64,000 nucleotides of DNA, from contig NC_086108.1 in NCBI RefSeq assembly GCF_963921235.1, positions 89,592,001-89,656,000 of the forward strand, written 5' to 3'. Each line of letters begins with the position of its first letter. Position 1 is the first letter of the stretch. Shown here one piece after another: positions 13,794-25,570 of this stretch. The DNA comes from Mobula hypostoma. Lineage: Eukaryota. A program made the position numbers and the translations under genes. Under the pieces are notes generated by a model. That model searched no databases. It was not told the origin of the DNA and saw only the letters and a list, made by a program, of their open reading frames with translations.

Positions 13794-14788
13794 AGAATCA
13801 GAATCAGGTTTATTATCACCGGCTTGTTAATTTAGCAGCAGCAGTTCAATGCAATACATACTTTATACTTTATTGTTACCAAACAATTGATACTAGAACG
13901 TACAATCATCATAGCGATATTTGATTCTGCGCTTTGCGCTCCCTGGATTACAAATCGATAATAAATATTAAAAATTTAAATTATATATCATAAATAGAAA
14001 ATAGAAAAATGGGAAGTAAGGTTGTGCAAAAAAACTGAGAGGCAGGTCCGGATATTTGGACGGGATGGCCCAGATCCGGGTCAGGATCCATTCAGCAGTC
14101 TTATCACAGTTGGAAAGAAGCTGTTCCCAAATCTGGCCGTACGAGTCTTCAAGCTCCTGAGCCTTCTCCCGGAGGGAAGAGGGACGAAAAGTGTGTTCCT
14201 GGGTGGGTCGTGTCCTTGATTATCCTGGCAGCACTGCTCCAACAGCGTGTGGTGTAAAGTAAGTCCAAGGACGGAAGATTGGTTTGTGTGATGTGCTGCG
14301 CTGTGTTCACGATCTTCTGCAGCTTCTTCCGGTCTTGGACAGGATAACTTCCATACCAGGTTGTGATACACCCCAGAAGAATGCTTTCCACAGTGCATCT
14401 ATAAAAATTAGTGAGGGTTTTGAGGGAATAGGCCAAATTTCCTCAGCTTTCTCAGGAAGTAAAGGTGCTGGTGGGCCTTCTTGGCAGTGGACTCTGCTTG
14501 GTTGGACCAAGTCAGGTCATTTGTGATAAACCAGCAGAAAGAGAGAAAAAAAAATAATAAATAGAATAAAACAATAAATAAACAAGTAAATCAATTATGT
14601 ATATTGAATAGATTATTTAAAAAATGTGCAAAAACAGATATACTGTATATTTAAAAAAAGTGAGGTCGTGTCCAAAGCTTCAAAGTCCATTTAGGAATCG
14701 GATGGCAGAGGGGAAGAAGCTGTTCCTGAATCGCTGAGTGTGTCTTCAGGCTCCTGTACCTCCTACCTGATGGCAACAGTGAGAAAAG
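13794..14788 (-). mobile_element. Rex1/Babar 3' fragment (same family as 2177-3905), split by a nested insertion
   Basis: 13794-13858 and 14529-14788 join to match 2177-2530 (gttcaatgcaatacata | ..cagcagaaagagagaaaa). Confidence 0.8.
13859..14528 (-). mobile_element. Second Rex1/Babar family, 3' fragment with (taaagta)n tail
   Basis: Encodes KTLTNFYRCTVESILLGCITTWYGS...DRKKLQKIVNTAQ and LPSGRRLRSLKTRTARFGNSFFPTVIRLLN; a near-identical 3' end recurs at 23899-24186. Confidence 0.85.
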
Positions 14789-17700
14789 TGCAAGGTAGGC
14801 TGGGCATTAATATAAAAGAGGCTACAAAAAGTTTTTTTCCAGGGCTCTCACAGCTAACGGTACGAGTTAACCGTTTAAAAAGTTCATCTGTTTGACGAGG
14901 TAAGTGGGTGAGTAGACTTACTTTTCCTGTTTCATTCCTGTAGAATTAGGTAGCATGCCTGCAGGGTTAGTGCTTTGTTCAGGGTGTCAGGTGTGGGAAT
15001 CCTGGGAGACCTCCAGCCTCCCTGATGGTCACATCTGCGCCAGGTGCACCGAGATACAGCTCCTCAGAGACCGTGTTAGGGATCTGGAGCTGCAGCTTGA
15101 TGACCTACTGCTTATCAGCGAAAGTGAAGAGGTGATAGATAGGAGCTACAGGGAGGTAGCCATCCCTAGGCTACTGGAGTCAGAAGACTGGGTCACTGTC
15201 AGGAGAGGGAAGGGAAATGCCCGGATAGTGGAGAGCACACCTGTGGCTGTCCCCCCTCAGCAACAAATATCTTGTTCTGGATGCTGTTGAGGGGGATGAC
15301 CTGACAGGGGACGCCCACGGTGACTGGGTCTCTGGCACTGAGCCTGGCGCTGTTGTATAGGAGAGAAGGAGGGAGAAGAGAAATGCAGTAGTCGTAGGGG
15401 ATTCCATAGTCAGGGGAACGGACAGGAGATTCTGTGAGCCTGATAGAGATACCTGCATGCTGTGTTGACTCCCAGGTGCCAGGGTACGGGATGTCTCGGA
15501 TCAGGTCGTGAATATTCTGAAGGGGGAGGGTGAGCAGCCAGTTGTCTTGGTACATGTTGGTACCAATGACATAGATAGGACAAAGGAGGAGGTCCTGAAG
15601 AGAGATTTCCAGGAGTTAGGAAGGAAGCTGAGAAGCAGGACCTCCAGGGTAGTAATCTTGGGATTGCCTCCTGTGCCACGTGCTAGCGAGGGCAAGAATA
15701 GTAGGATCAGGCAGATGAATGCGTGGCTGAGAGACTGGTGCAGGGGGCAGGGCTTCTGATTCTTAGATAATTGGGATCACTTCTGGGGGAAGTATGACCT
15801 GTTCAAAAAGGACAGGTTACACCTGAACCTGAAGGGGACCAATATCCTAGTGGGAAAGTTTAATAGAGCTGTTAGGGAGGGTTTAAACTAATTTGGCAGG
15901 GGGATGGGAACTGGAATGACAGAGCGGAGGAAGGGGAAAACAGAAATAAATCTAAGATAGTGAGCCGTAAAGATGTTAGGAAAGACAGGCAGGTGATGGG
16001 GCAAATTTGTAGCCATTGGGATGAGTTGCAGTGCAATAAAGTTGCAGTGAAATCAAAGCGAAAAGTACCAAATACTGGTCTTAAGGTGTTATACTTAAAT
16101 GCACGCAGCATAAGGAATAAGGTGGATGATCTTGTCGTACAGCTACAGATTGCCAGGTATGATATTGTGGCCATCACTGAGACCTGGCTAAAGGATGCTT
16201 GCCTCTGGGAGCTGAACGTCCATGGATACACGGTGTATCGGAAGGATAGGAAGGTAGGCAGAGGGGGAGGCGTGGCTTTATCGGTAAGAAATGATAGTAA
16301 ATCATTAGAAAGAGGTGATGTAGGATGGGAAGGTGCAGAATCTTAATGGGTTGAGGTAAGAAATTGCAAGGGTAAAACATAGAAACATAGAAAATAGGTG
16401 CAGGAGTAGGCCAATCGGCCCTTATAGCCTGCACTGCCATTTACTATGATCATGGCTGATCATCCAACTCAGAACCCCACCCCAGCCTTCCCTCCATACC
16501 CCCTGACCCCCGTAGCCACAAGGGCCATATCTAACTCCCTCTTAAATATAGCCAATGAACTGGCCTCAACTGTTTCCTGTGGCAGAGAATTCCACCGATT
16601 CACCACTCTCTGTGTGAAGAAGTTTTTCCTAATCTCGGTCCTAAAAGGCTTCCCCTCTATCCTCAAACTGTGGCCCCTCGTTCTGGACTTCCCCAACATC
16701 GGGAACAATCTTCCTGCATCTAGCCTGTCCAATCCCTTTAGGATCTTATACGTTTCAATCAGATCCCCCCTCAATCTTCTAAATTCCAACCAGTACAAGC
16801 CCAGTTCATCCAGTCTTTCTTCATATGAAAGTCCTGCCATCCCAGGAATCAATCTGGTGAACCTTCTTTGTACTCCCTCTATGGCAAGGATGTCTTTCCT
16901 GAGATTAGGGGACCAAAACTGCACACAATACTCCAGGTGTGGTCTCACCAAGGCCTTGTACAACTGCAGTAGTACCTCCCTGCTCCTGTACTCGAATCCT
17001 CTCGCTATAAATGCCAGCATACCATTCGCCTTTTTCACCGCCTGCTGTACCTGCATGCCCACTTTCAATGACTGGTGTACAATGACACCCAGGTCTCGTT
17101 GCACCTCCCCTTTTCCTAATCAGCCACCATTCAGATAATAATCTGTTTTCCTATTTTTGCCACCAAAGTGGATAACTTCACATTTATCCACATTAAATTG
17201 CATCTGCCATGAATTTGCCCACTCACCCAATCTATCCAAGTCACCCTGCATCCTCTTAGCATCCTCCTCACTGCTAACACTGCCACCCAGCTTCGTGTCA
17301 TCCGCAAACTTGGAGATGCTGCATTTAATTCCCTCATCCAAGTCATTAATATATATTGTAAACAACTGGGGTCCCAGCACTAAGCCTTGCGGTACCCCAC
17401 TAGTCACCGCCTGCTATTCTGAAAAGGTCCCGTTTATTCCCACTCTTTGCTTCCTGTCTGCTAACCAATTCTCCACCCACACCAATACCTTACCCCCAAT
17501 ACCGTGTGCTTTAAGTTTCCACACTAATCTCCTATGTGGGACCTTGTCAAAAGCCTTTTGAAAATCCAAATATACCACATCCACTGGTTCTCCCCTATCC
17601 ACTCTACTAGTTACATCCTCAAAAAATTCTGAGATTCGTCAGACATGATTTTCCTTTCACAAATCCATGCTGACTTTGTCCGATCATTTCACCGCTTTCC

Positions 17701-20700
17701 AAATGTGCTGTTATCACATCTTTGATAACTGACTCCAGCAGTTTCCCCACCACCGACGTTAAGCTAACCGGTCTATAATTCCCCGATTTCTTTCTCCCTC
17801 CTTTTTTAAAAAGTGGGGTTACATTAGCCACCCTCCAATCCTCAGGAACTAGTCCAGAATCTAACGAGTTTTGAAAAATTATTACTAATGCATCCACTAT
17901 TTCTTGGGCTACTTCCTTGAGCACTCTAGGATGCAGACCATCTGGCCCTGGGGATTTATCTGCCTTCAATCCCTTCAATTTACGTAACACCACTTCCCTA
18001 CTAACATGTATTTCGCTCAGTTCCTCCATCTCACTGGACCCTCTGTCCCTTACTATTTCTGGAAGATTATTTATGTCCTCCTTAGTGAAGACAGAACCAA
18101 AGTAATTATTCAATTGGTCTGCCATGTCCTTGCTCCCCGTAATCAATTCACCTGTTTCTGTCTGCAGGGGACCTACATTTGTCTTTACCAGTCTTTTCCT
18201 TTTTACATATCTATAAATGCTTTTATAGTCCGTTTTTATGTTCCCTGCCAGTTTTCTCTCATAATTTTTTTCCCCTTCCTAATTAAGCCCTTTGTCCTCC
18301 TCTGCTGAACTCCGAATTTCTCCCAGTCCTCAGGTGAGCCACTTTCTCTGGCTAATTTGTATGCTTCTTCTTTGGAATTGATACTATCCCTAATTTCTCT
18401 TGTCAGCCACGGGTGCACTACCTTCCTTGATTTATTCTTTTGCCAAACTGGGATGAACAATTGTTGTAGTTCATCCATGCAACCTTTAAATGCTTGCCAT
18501 TGCATATCCACCGTCAATCCTTTAAGTGTCATTTGCCAGTCTATCTTAGCTAATTCACGTCTCATACCTTCAAAGTTACCCCTCTTTAAGTTCAGAACCT
18601 TTGTTTCTGAATTAACTATGTCACTCTCCATATTAATGAAGAATTCCACCATATTATGGTCACTCTTACCCAAGGGGCGTCTCACGACAAGATCGCTAAT
18701 TAACCCTTCCTCATTGCTCAAAACCCAGTCCAGAATAGCCTGCTCTCTAGTTGGTTCCTCGACATGTTGGTTCAAAAAACCATCCCGCATACATTCCAGG
18801 AAATCCTCTTCCTCAGCACCTTTACCAATTTGGTTCACCCAATCTACATGTAGATTGAAGTCACCCATTATAACTACTGTTCCTTTATTGCACACATTTC
18901 TAATTTCCTGTTTAATACCATCTCCGACCTCACTACTACTGTTAGGTGGCCTGTACACAACTCCCACCAGCGTCTTCTGCCCCTTAGTGTTACACAGCTC
19001 TACCCATATCGATTCCACATCTTCCCGGCTTATGTCCTTCCTTTCTATTGTGTTATTCTCTTCTTTAACCAGCAACGCCACCCCACCTCCCCTTCCTTCA
19101 TGTCTATTCCTCCTGAATATTGAATATCCCTGAACGTTGAGCTCCCATCCCTGGTCACCCTGGAGCCATGTCTCTGTGATCCCAACTATATCATAATCAT
19201 TAATAACAATCTGCACTTTCAATTCATCCACCTTATTACGAATGCTCCTTGCATTGACACACAAAGCCTTCAGGCGCTCTTTTACAACTTTCTTAGCCCT
19301 TATACAATTATGTTGAAAAGTGGCCCTTTTTAATGCTTGCCCTGGATTTGTCGGCCTGCCATTTTTACTTTTCTCCTTAGTACTTTTTGCTTCTACCCTC
19401 ACTTTACACCCCTCTGTCTCTCTGCACTGGTTCCCATCCCCCTGTTGTGAACTAACCTCCTCACGCCTAGCCTCTTTAATTTGATTCCCACCCCCCAAAC
19501 CACTCTAGTTTAAAGTCACCTCAGTAGCCCCCGCTAATCTCCCTGCCAGGATATTGGTCCCCCTAGGATTCAAGTGTAACCCGTCCTTTTTGTACAGGTC
19601 ATGCCTGCGCCAAAAGAGGTCCCAATGATCCAAAAACTTGAATCCCTGCCCCCTGCTCCAATCCCTCAGCCATGCATTTATCCTCCACCTCATCGCATTC
19701 CTACTCTCACTGTCGCGTGGCACAGGCAGTAATCCCGAGATTACTACCTTTGCGGTCCTTTTTCTCAACTCCCTTCCTAGCACCCTATATTCTCCTTTCA
19801 GGACCTCATCCCTTTTCCTACCTATGTCATTGGTACCTATATGTACCACAACCTCTGGCTCCTCACCCTCCCACTTCAGGATATCTTGGACACGATCAGA
19901 AATATCCCGGACCCTGGCACCAGGGAGGCAAACTACCATCCGGACCCTGATGGTGGTTATTTATAGGCCTCCAAACAGCTGCAGTGATGTAGACTGCAAA
20001 TTACAAAAGGAAATAGAAAAGGCTTGTCAGAAGGGCAGCGTTATGATAATTGTTGGGGATTTTAACATGCAAGTGGATTGGGAAAATCAGGTCGGCATTG
20101 GATCTCAAGAGAGAGAATTTGTAGAATGTCTGCGAGATGGCTTTTTAGAACAGCTTGTTGTTGAGCCCACTAGGGGATCGGCTGTACTGGATTGGGTATT
20201 GTGTAATGAACCGGAGGTGATTAGAGAGATCGAGGTGAAGGAACCCTTAGGAGACAGTGATCATAACATGATTCACTGTGACATTTGAAAAAGAGAAGCC
20301 GAAATCTGATGTGTCGGTATTTCAGTGGAGTAAAGGAAATTACAGTGGCATGAGAGAGGAACTGGCCAAAGTTGACTAGAAAGGAACACTGGCGGGAAAG
20401 ACGGCAGAACAGCAGTGGCTGGAGTTAATGTGAGAAGTGAGGAAGGTGCAAGACAGGTATATTCCAAAAAAGAAATTTTCAAATGGAAAAAGGATGCAAC
20501 CATGGTTGACAAGAGAAGTCAAAGCCAAAGTTAAAGCAAAGGAGAGGGCATACAAGGAAGCAAAAATTAGTGGGAAGACAGAGGATTGGGAAGTTTTTAA
20601 AACCTTACAAAAGGAAACTAAGGAGGTCATTAAGAGGGAAAAGATTAACTACGAAAGGAAGCTAGCAAATAATATCAAAGATGATACTAAAAGCTTTTTC

Positions 20701-22503
20701 AAGTATATAAAGAGTAAAAGACAGGTGAGAGTAGATATAGGACCGATAGAAAATGATGCTGGAGAAATTGTAATGGGAGATATGGAGATGGCGGAGGAAC
20801 TGAATGAGTATTTTGCATCAGTCTTCACCGAGGAAGACATCAGCAGTATACTGGGCACTCAAGGGTGGCAGGGAAGAGAAGTGTGCATAGTCACAATTAC
20901 GACAGAGAAAGTACTCAGGAAGCTAAAAAGTCTAAAGGTAGATAAATCTCCTGCGTGTTCTGAAGGAAGTAGCTGTGGAGATTGCGGAGGCATTAGTGAT
21001 GATCTTTCAAAACTGGATAGATTCTGGCATGGTTCCGGAGGACTGGAAGATCGCAAATGTCACTCCACTATTTAAGAACGGGGCAAGGAAGCAAAAAGGA
21101 AATTATAGACCTGTTAGCTTGACATCGGTGGTTGGGAAGTTCTTGGAGTCGATTGTCAAGGATGAGGTTACAGAGTACCTGGAGGCATATGACAAGATAG
21201 GCAGAACTCAGCATAGATTCCTTAAAGGAAAATCCTGCCTGGCAAACCTATTACAATTTTTTGAGGAAGTTACGAGTAGGCTAGACAAGGGAGATGCAGT
21301 GGATGTTGTATATTTGGATTTTCAGAAGGCCTTTGACAAAATGCCACACATGAGGCTACTTAACAAGATAAGAGCCCATGGAATTACGGGAAGGTTACAT
21401 ATGTGGATAGAGTGTTGGCTGATTGGCAGGAAACAGAGAGTGGGAATAGAGGGATCCTATTCTGGTTGGCTGCCGGTTACCAGTGGTTTTCCACAGGGAT
21501 TCGTGTTGGGGTCACTTCTTTTTACATTGTACATCAATGATTTGGATTATGGAATAGGTGGCTTTGTGGCTAAGTTTGCTGACGATACGAAGATAGGTGG
21601 CGGGGCCGGTAGTGCTGAGGAAACGGAGAATCTGCAGAGATACTTGGATAGATTGGAAGAATTGGCAAAGAAGTGGCAAATGAAGTACAATGTTGGAAAG
21701 TGTATGGTTATGCACTTTGGCAGAAGTAATAAACGAGCAGACTATTATTTAAATGGGGAAAGAATTCAAAGTTCTGAGATGCAACGGAACTTGAGAGTCC
21801 TCATACAGGATACCCTTAAGGTTAACCTCCAGGTTGAGTCAGTAGTGAAGAAGACGAATGCAATGTTGGCATTCATTTCTAGAGGAATGGAGTATAGGAG
21901 CAGGGATGTGATGTTGAGGCTCGATAAGGCGCTGGTGAGACCTCACTTGGAGTACTGTGGGCAGTTTTGGTCTCCTTATTTAAGAAAGGATGTGCTGACG
22001 TTGGAGAGGGTACAGAGGAGATTCACTAGAATGATTCCAGGAATGAGAGAGTTAACATATGAGGAACGTTTGTCCACTCTTGGACCGTATTCCTTGGAGT
22101 TTAGAAGAATGAGGGGAGACCTCATAGAAACATTTTGAATGTTGAAAGGCATGGACAGAGTGGATATGGCAAAGTTGTTTCCCATGATGGGAGAGTCTAG
22201 TACAAGAGGGCATGACTTAAGGATTGAAGGGCGCCCATTCAGAACAGAAATGCAAAGAAATTTTTTTAGTCAGAGGGTGGTGAATCTATGGAATTTGTTG
22301 CCACGGGCAGCAGTGGAGGCTAAGTCATTGGGTGTATTTAAGGCAGAGATTGATAGGTATCTGAGTAGCCAGGGCATCAAAGTTTATGGTGAGAAGGTGG
22401 GGGAGTGGGACTAAATGGGAGAATGGATCAGCTCATGATAAAATGAGGGAGCAGACTCAATGGGCCGAATGGCCGACTTCTGCTCCTTTGTCTTATGATC
22501 TTA
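14789..22503 (+). mobile_element. Near full-length CR1 LINE (5' UTR, ORF1 zinc finger/coiled coil/SGNH esterase, ORF2 APE endonuclease and RT), split by nested CR1 at 16375-19942
   Basis: ORF1 MPAGLVLCSGC...HICARC, VVGDS, VHVGTND; ORF2 LYLNARSIRNK, ITETWL, ...RNCKGK | TLMVVIYRPP, GDFN, SDHN, YRPVSLTS, LDFQKAFD, FADD; 3' tail gtcttatgatcttat. Several stops and frameshifts. Confidence 0.92.
16375..19942 (-). mobile_element. Younger CR1 LINE (3' part of ORF1 esterase plus complete ORF2 with a few frameshifts)
   Basis: ORFs 19505-19939 (CLPGA, VHIGTND, DGLHLN), 18236-19498 (APE endonuclease), 17619-18146, 17414-17602, 17120-17407 (FADD) and 16469-17104; (ttctatgt)n tail at 16375. Confidence 0.95.
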
Positions 22504-24560
22504 TATATAAAGAGTAAAAGAGAGATGAGGGTGGATATCGGACCACTGGAAAATGACTCTGGAGTGCTAGTAATAGTGGACAAAGAAATGGCGGAAAAGC
22601 TTAATAAGTAATTTGTGTCAGATTTCACCTTGCAAGGCACTAGCAAAATGCCAGAAATGCGAGAGTCTTAGCGGGGCAGAAGTGAGCACCATTGCTGTTA
22701 CTAGGGGGATGGTGCTTAGGGAGCTAACAGGTCTGAAGGTGGATAAGTCACCTGGACCAGATGGTGTACACCCTAGGGTCCTGATAGAGGTGGCTAAAGA
22801 GATTGTGGAGGCATTAGTAATGATCTTTCAAGAATCACTGGATACTGGATTGGTTCTGGAAGACTGGAAAATTGTTAATGTCACTCTATTCTTCAAGAAG
22901 GGACAGAGACAGAAAAATTATAGGCCAGTAAGCCTGACTTCAGCAATTGGAAGGATGTTGGAGTCTGTTATTAAGAATGAGGTTTTGGGGTACTTCGAGA
23001 CACATGATAAAATAGGCCAAAGTCAGCATGGTTTTCTCAAGGAGAAATCTTACCTGACAAATCTGTTGGAATATCTTTGAAGAAATAACAGGCAGGATAG
23101 ACAAAGGAGAGTCAGTGGATGCTGCTTGTTTGTTTTTCAGAAGGCCTTTGACAAGGTGCCACACATGAGGCTGCTTAATAAGATAAAAGCCCATGATATT
23201 ACAGGAGCATGGGTGGAAGACTAACTGACTGGTAGGAGGTAAAGAGTGGGATTAAGGGGGGCCTTTTCTGGTTGGATGCCAATGACTAGTGGTGCTCCAC
23301 AGGGGTCGATGTTGAGACCGCTTCTTTTCACATTATATGTCAATGATTTGGGTAAAGGAATATATGGCTTTGTAGCCAAGTTTGCAGATGATACAAAGGT
23401 ATGTGGAGGGTCAGGTAGTGTTAAGGAAGCAGGGATCTGCAGAAGGACTTAAACAGATTAGAAGAATTGACAAAGAAGTGGCAGATGGAATATAATGTAA
23501 AGAAGTTCCTGGTCATACACTTTGCTAGAAGAAATAAAGGTGTGGACTATTTTCTAAATTGGGAGAAAATTCAAAAATCAGAGGTGCAGTGGGACTTGGG
23601 AATCCTTGTATAGGATTTACTAAAGGTTAACTTGCAGATTGAGTCAGTAGTGAGGAAGACAAATGCGATGTTCATTTTAAGAAGACTAGAATACAAAAGC
23701 AAGGATGTCATTCTGAGGCTTTATAAGGCATTGGTCAGACTGCACCTGGAATATTGTGAGCAGTTTAGGCCCTTATCTAAGTAAAGATGTGCTGGCATTA
23801 GAGAGGGTTCAGAAGAGGTTCACGAGAATGATTCTAGGAATGTAAGGATTAACATATGAGGAGCATTTGATTGCTTTGGGTTTTTACTCACTGGAGTTTA
23901 TACTTTATACTTTATTGTCGCCAAACAATTGGTACTAGAATGAACAATCATCACAGCGATATTTGATTCTGCACTTCACACTCCCTGGATTATAAGTATT
24001 AAATATTAAGAATAGTTAAAATTAGTAAATATTAAAAATTTCAATTATAAATCATAAATAGAAAATAGAAAAGTGGGAAGTAAGGTAGTGCAAAAAAAAA
24101 AATGAGAGGCAGGTCTGGATATTTGGAGGGTACGGCCCAGATCTGGGTCAGGATCCGTTCAGCAGTCTTATCACAGTTGGAAGAAGTTTAGATGAATGAA
24201 GGGGTGTAGATCTCACTGAACACTTCTGATTATCTAAAGGCCTAGATAGATTAATCTGGAAAGGATTTTTCCTTAGTAGAGGAGTTTAGGACCAGGAGGC
24301 ACAGCCTCAGAATTGAGGGACTTCTTTAGCCAGATGGTGGTGAATCTGTGGAAATTATCTCAAAAGTCAGTTGTGCAGCTGGTTCATTGGGTATATGTAA
24401 GGGAGAGTTTGATAGGTTATTTGAATCAGAGTGTCAAGGGTTACTGAGAGAAGGCTGGAGAATGGAGTGGAGAAGGATAATAAATCATCCATGATGGATT
24501 GACAGAGCAGGCTTAATGGACTGAATGGCCTAATTCTGCTCCTAAGTCTTATGATCTTAT
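22504..24560 (+). mobile_element. Older CR1 LINE ORF2 3' portion (decayed RT)
   Basis: KSPGPDGVHPRVL, NYRPVSLTS, SGAPQGS, KFADDTK; tail gtcttatgatcttatga; interrupted at 23899-24186. Confidence 0.88.
23899..24186 (-). mobile_element. Rex1/Babar 3' end (same family as 13859-14528) nested in CR1
   Basis: Directly similar to 13859-14120; host CR1 reads ctggagttta | agtttagatgaatg across it. Confidence 0.85.
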
Positions 24561-25115
24561 GATAGAAGGCATTGATAGAGTGGACAGTCAGCAACATTTT
24601 CCCAGGATGGCAATAGCTAATATGAGAGGAGATACATTTAGATCAGGGGTGGCCAACCATTTACATTCCATGCGTCAATTTTTTCACGCACAAGTTCAGA
24701 TGCAATTTTTTTCATGCACGAGTTCTATATTAACATATGTTTACAAGAGGTGGGGGTACAAGAGTAGTATGGCGCATCTGAATTCGTGTGTGAAAAAATT
24801 GATGCATGGAATGTAAAGGGTTGGCCACCCCTGATTTAGAGTGATTGGAGGAATATATAAAGGACCATGTCAGAAGTAATCTTTTCACATAGTGAATGGT
24901 AAGTACTTGGAAGGCCAGAGAGGGAGGTTGGTGGGATGGTAGGGCCAGATTTATTAGGGGTATTTAAGGGACTCTTAGGCTCATGGATGAATGAAAAATG
25001 GAGGGCTGATTGGGAGGGGAGGGTAGGATTGATTTTGGAGTAGGTTAAAAGTTTGGCATGACATTATAGGCCAAAGGACCTTCAAAGTTCTGTGTTGTTC
25101 TATGTTATGTATGCA
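24561..25115 (+). mobile_element. CR1 3' end fragment hosting a hAT MITE
   Basis: IEGIDRVDSQQHFPRMAIANMRGDTF parallels MRGIDRVDSQRLFPRAEMANMRGHSF at 32490; ends tgtgttgttctatgttatgt. Confidence 0.65.
24644..24833. mobile_element. hAT (Charlie-type) fold-back MITE, 190 bp
   Basis: Termini CAGGGGTGGCCAACC / GGTTGGCCACCCCTG; the inverted match extends about 60 bp; 8-bp TSD atttagat / atttagag. Confidence 0.9.
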
Positions 25116-25314
25116 ATGATCTGTTTGGATGGCATGCAAACAAAGTTTATCACTGTATCTTGGTAATGTGATGGTATACCATTACCCAAATTAGAGTCAG
25201 AGTTACACAGCACAGAAACTGACCCTTTGGCTCAACTGGCGCATGTTGACCAAGATGCCCCATCCAAAGAAGTCTCATTTGGCAGTGTTTGGCCCATAAC
25301 CTTCTACGAATACA

Positions 25315-25570
25315 TTATTTAGTTATTTAGATACAGCACAGTAACAGGTCCTTCCATCCCAGCAAGCCTGCACTGCCTATTTATATCCATGTGACCAATT
25401 ATCCTACTAACCTGTATGGGTTTGGAATGTGGGGGGAAACTGGACCATTCAGAGGAAACCCAAGTGGCCCATACACGAATGGACAAACACCTTACAGAGA
25501 GCAGCAGGAATTGAAGCTGAACCATTGGCACTAAATTGTGTTGCATTAGCTGCTATGCTTCTGTGCTACC
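25315..25570 (-). mobile_element. V-SINE-like tRNA-derived SINE
   Basis: Reverse complement resembles 39630-39930 (ttcaattcctgctgctctctgtaagg...gggtttcctc...ccagtttcccccacattcc). Confidence 0.6.

Noticed and set aside
16446..19133. Long + strand ORFs (230, 134 and 258 aa) as host genes
   Set aside because: They are antisense shadows of CR1 ORF2, with no independent domain or splice evidence.
19638..20288. 216-aa ORF as a novel protein
   Set aside because: Read-through from antisense of the nested CR1 into the resumed endonuclease frame of the host CR1.
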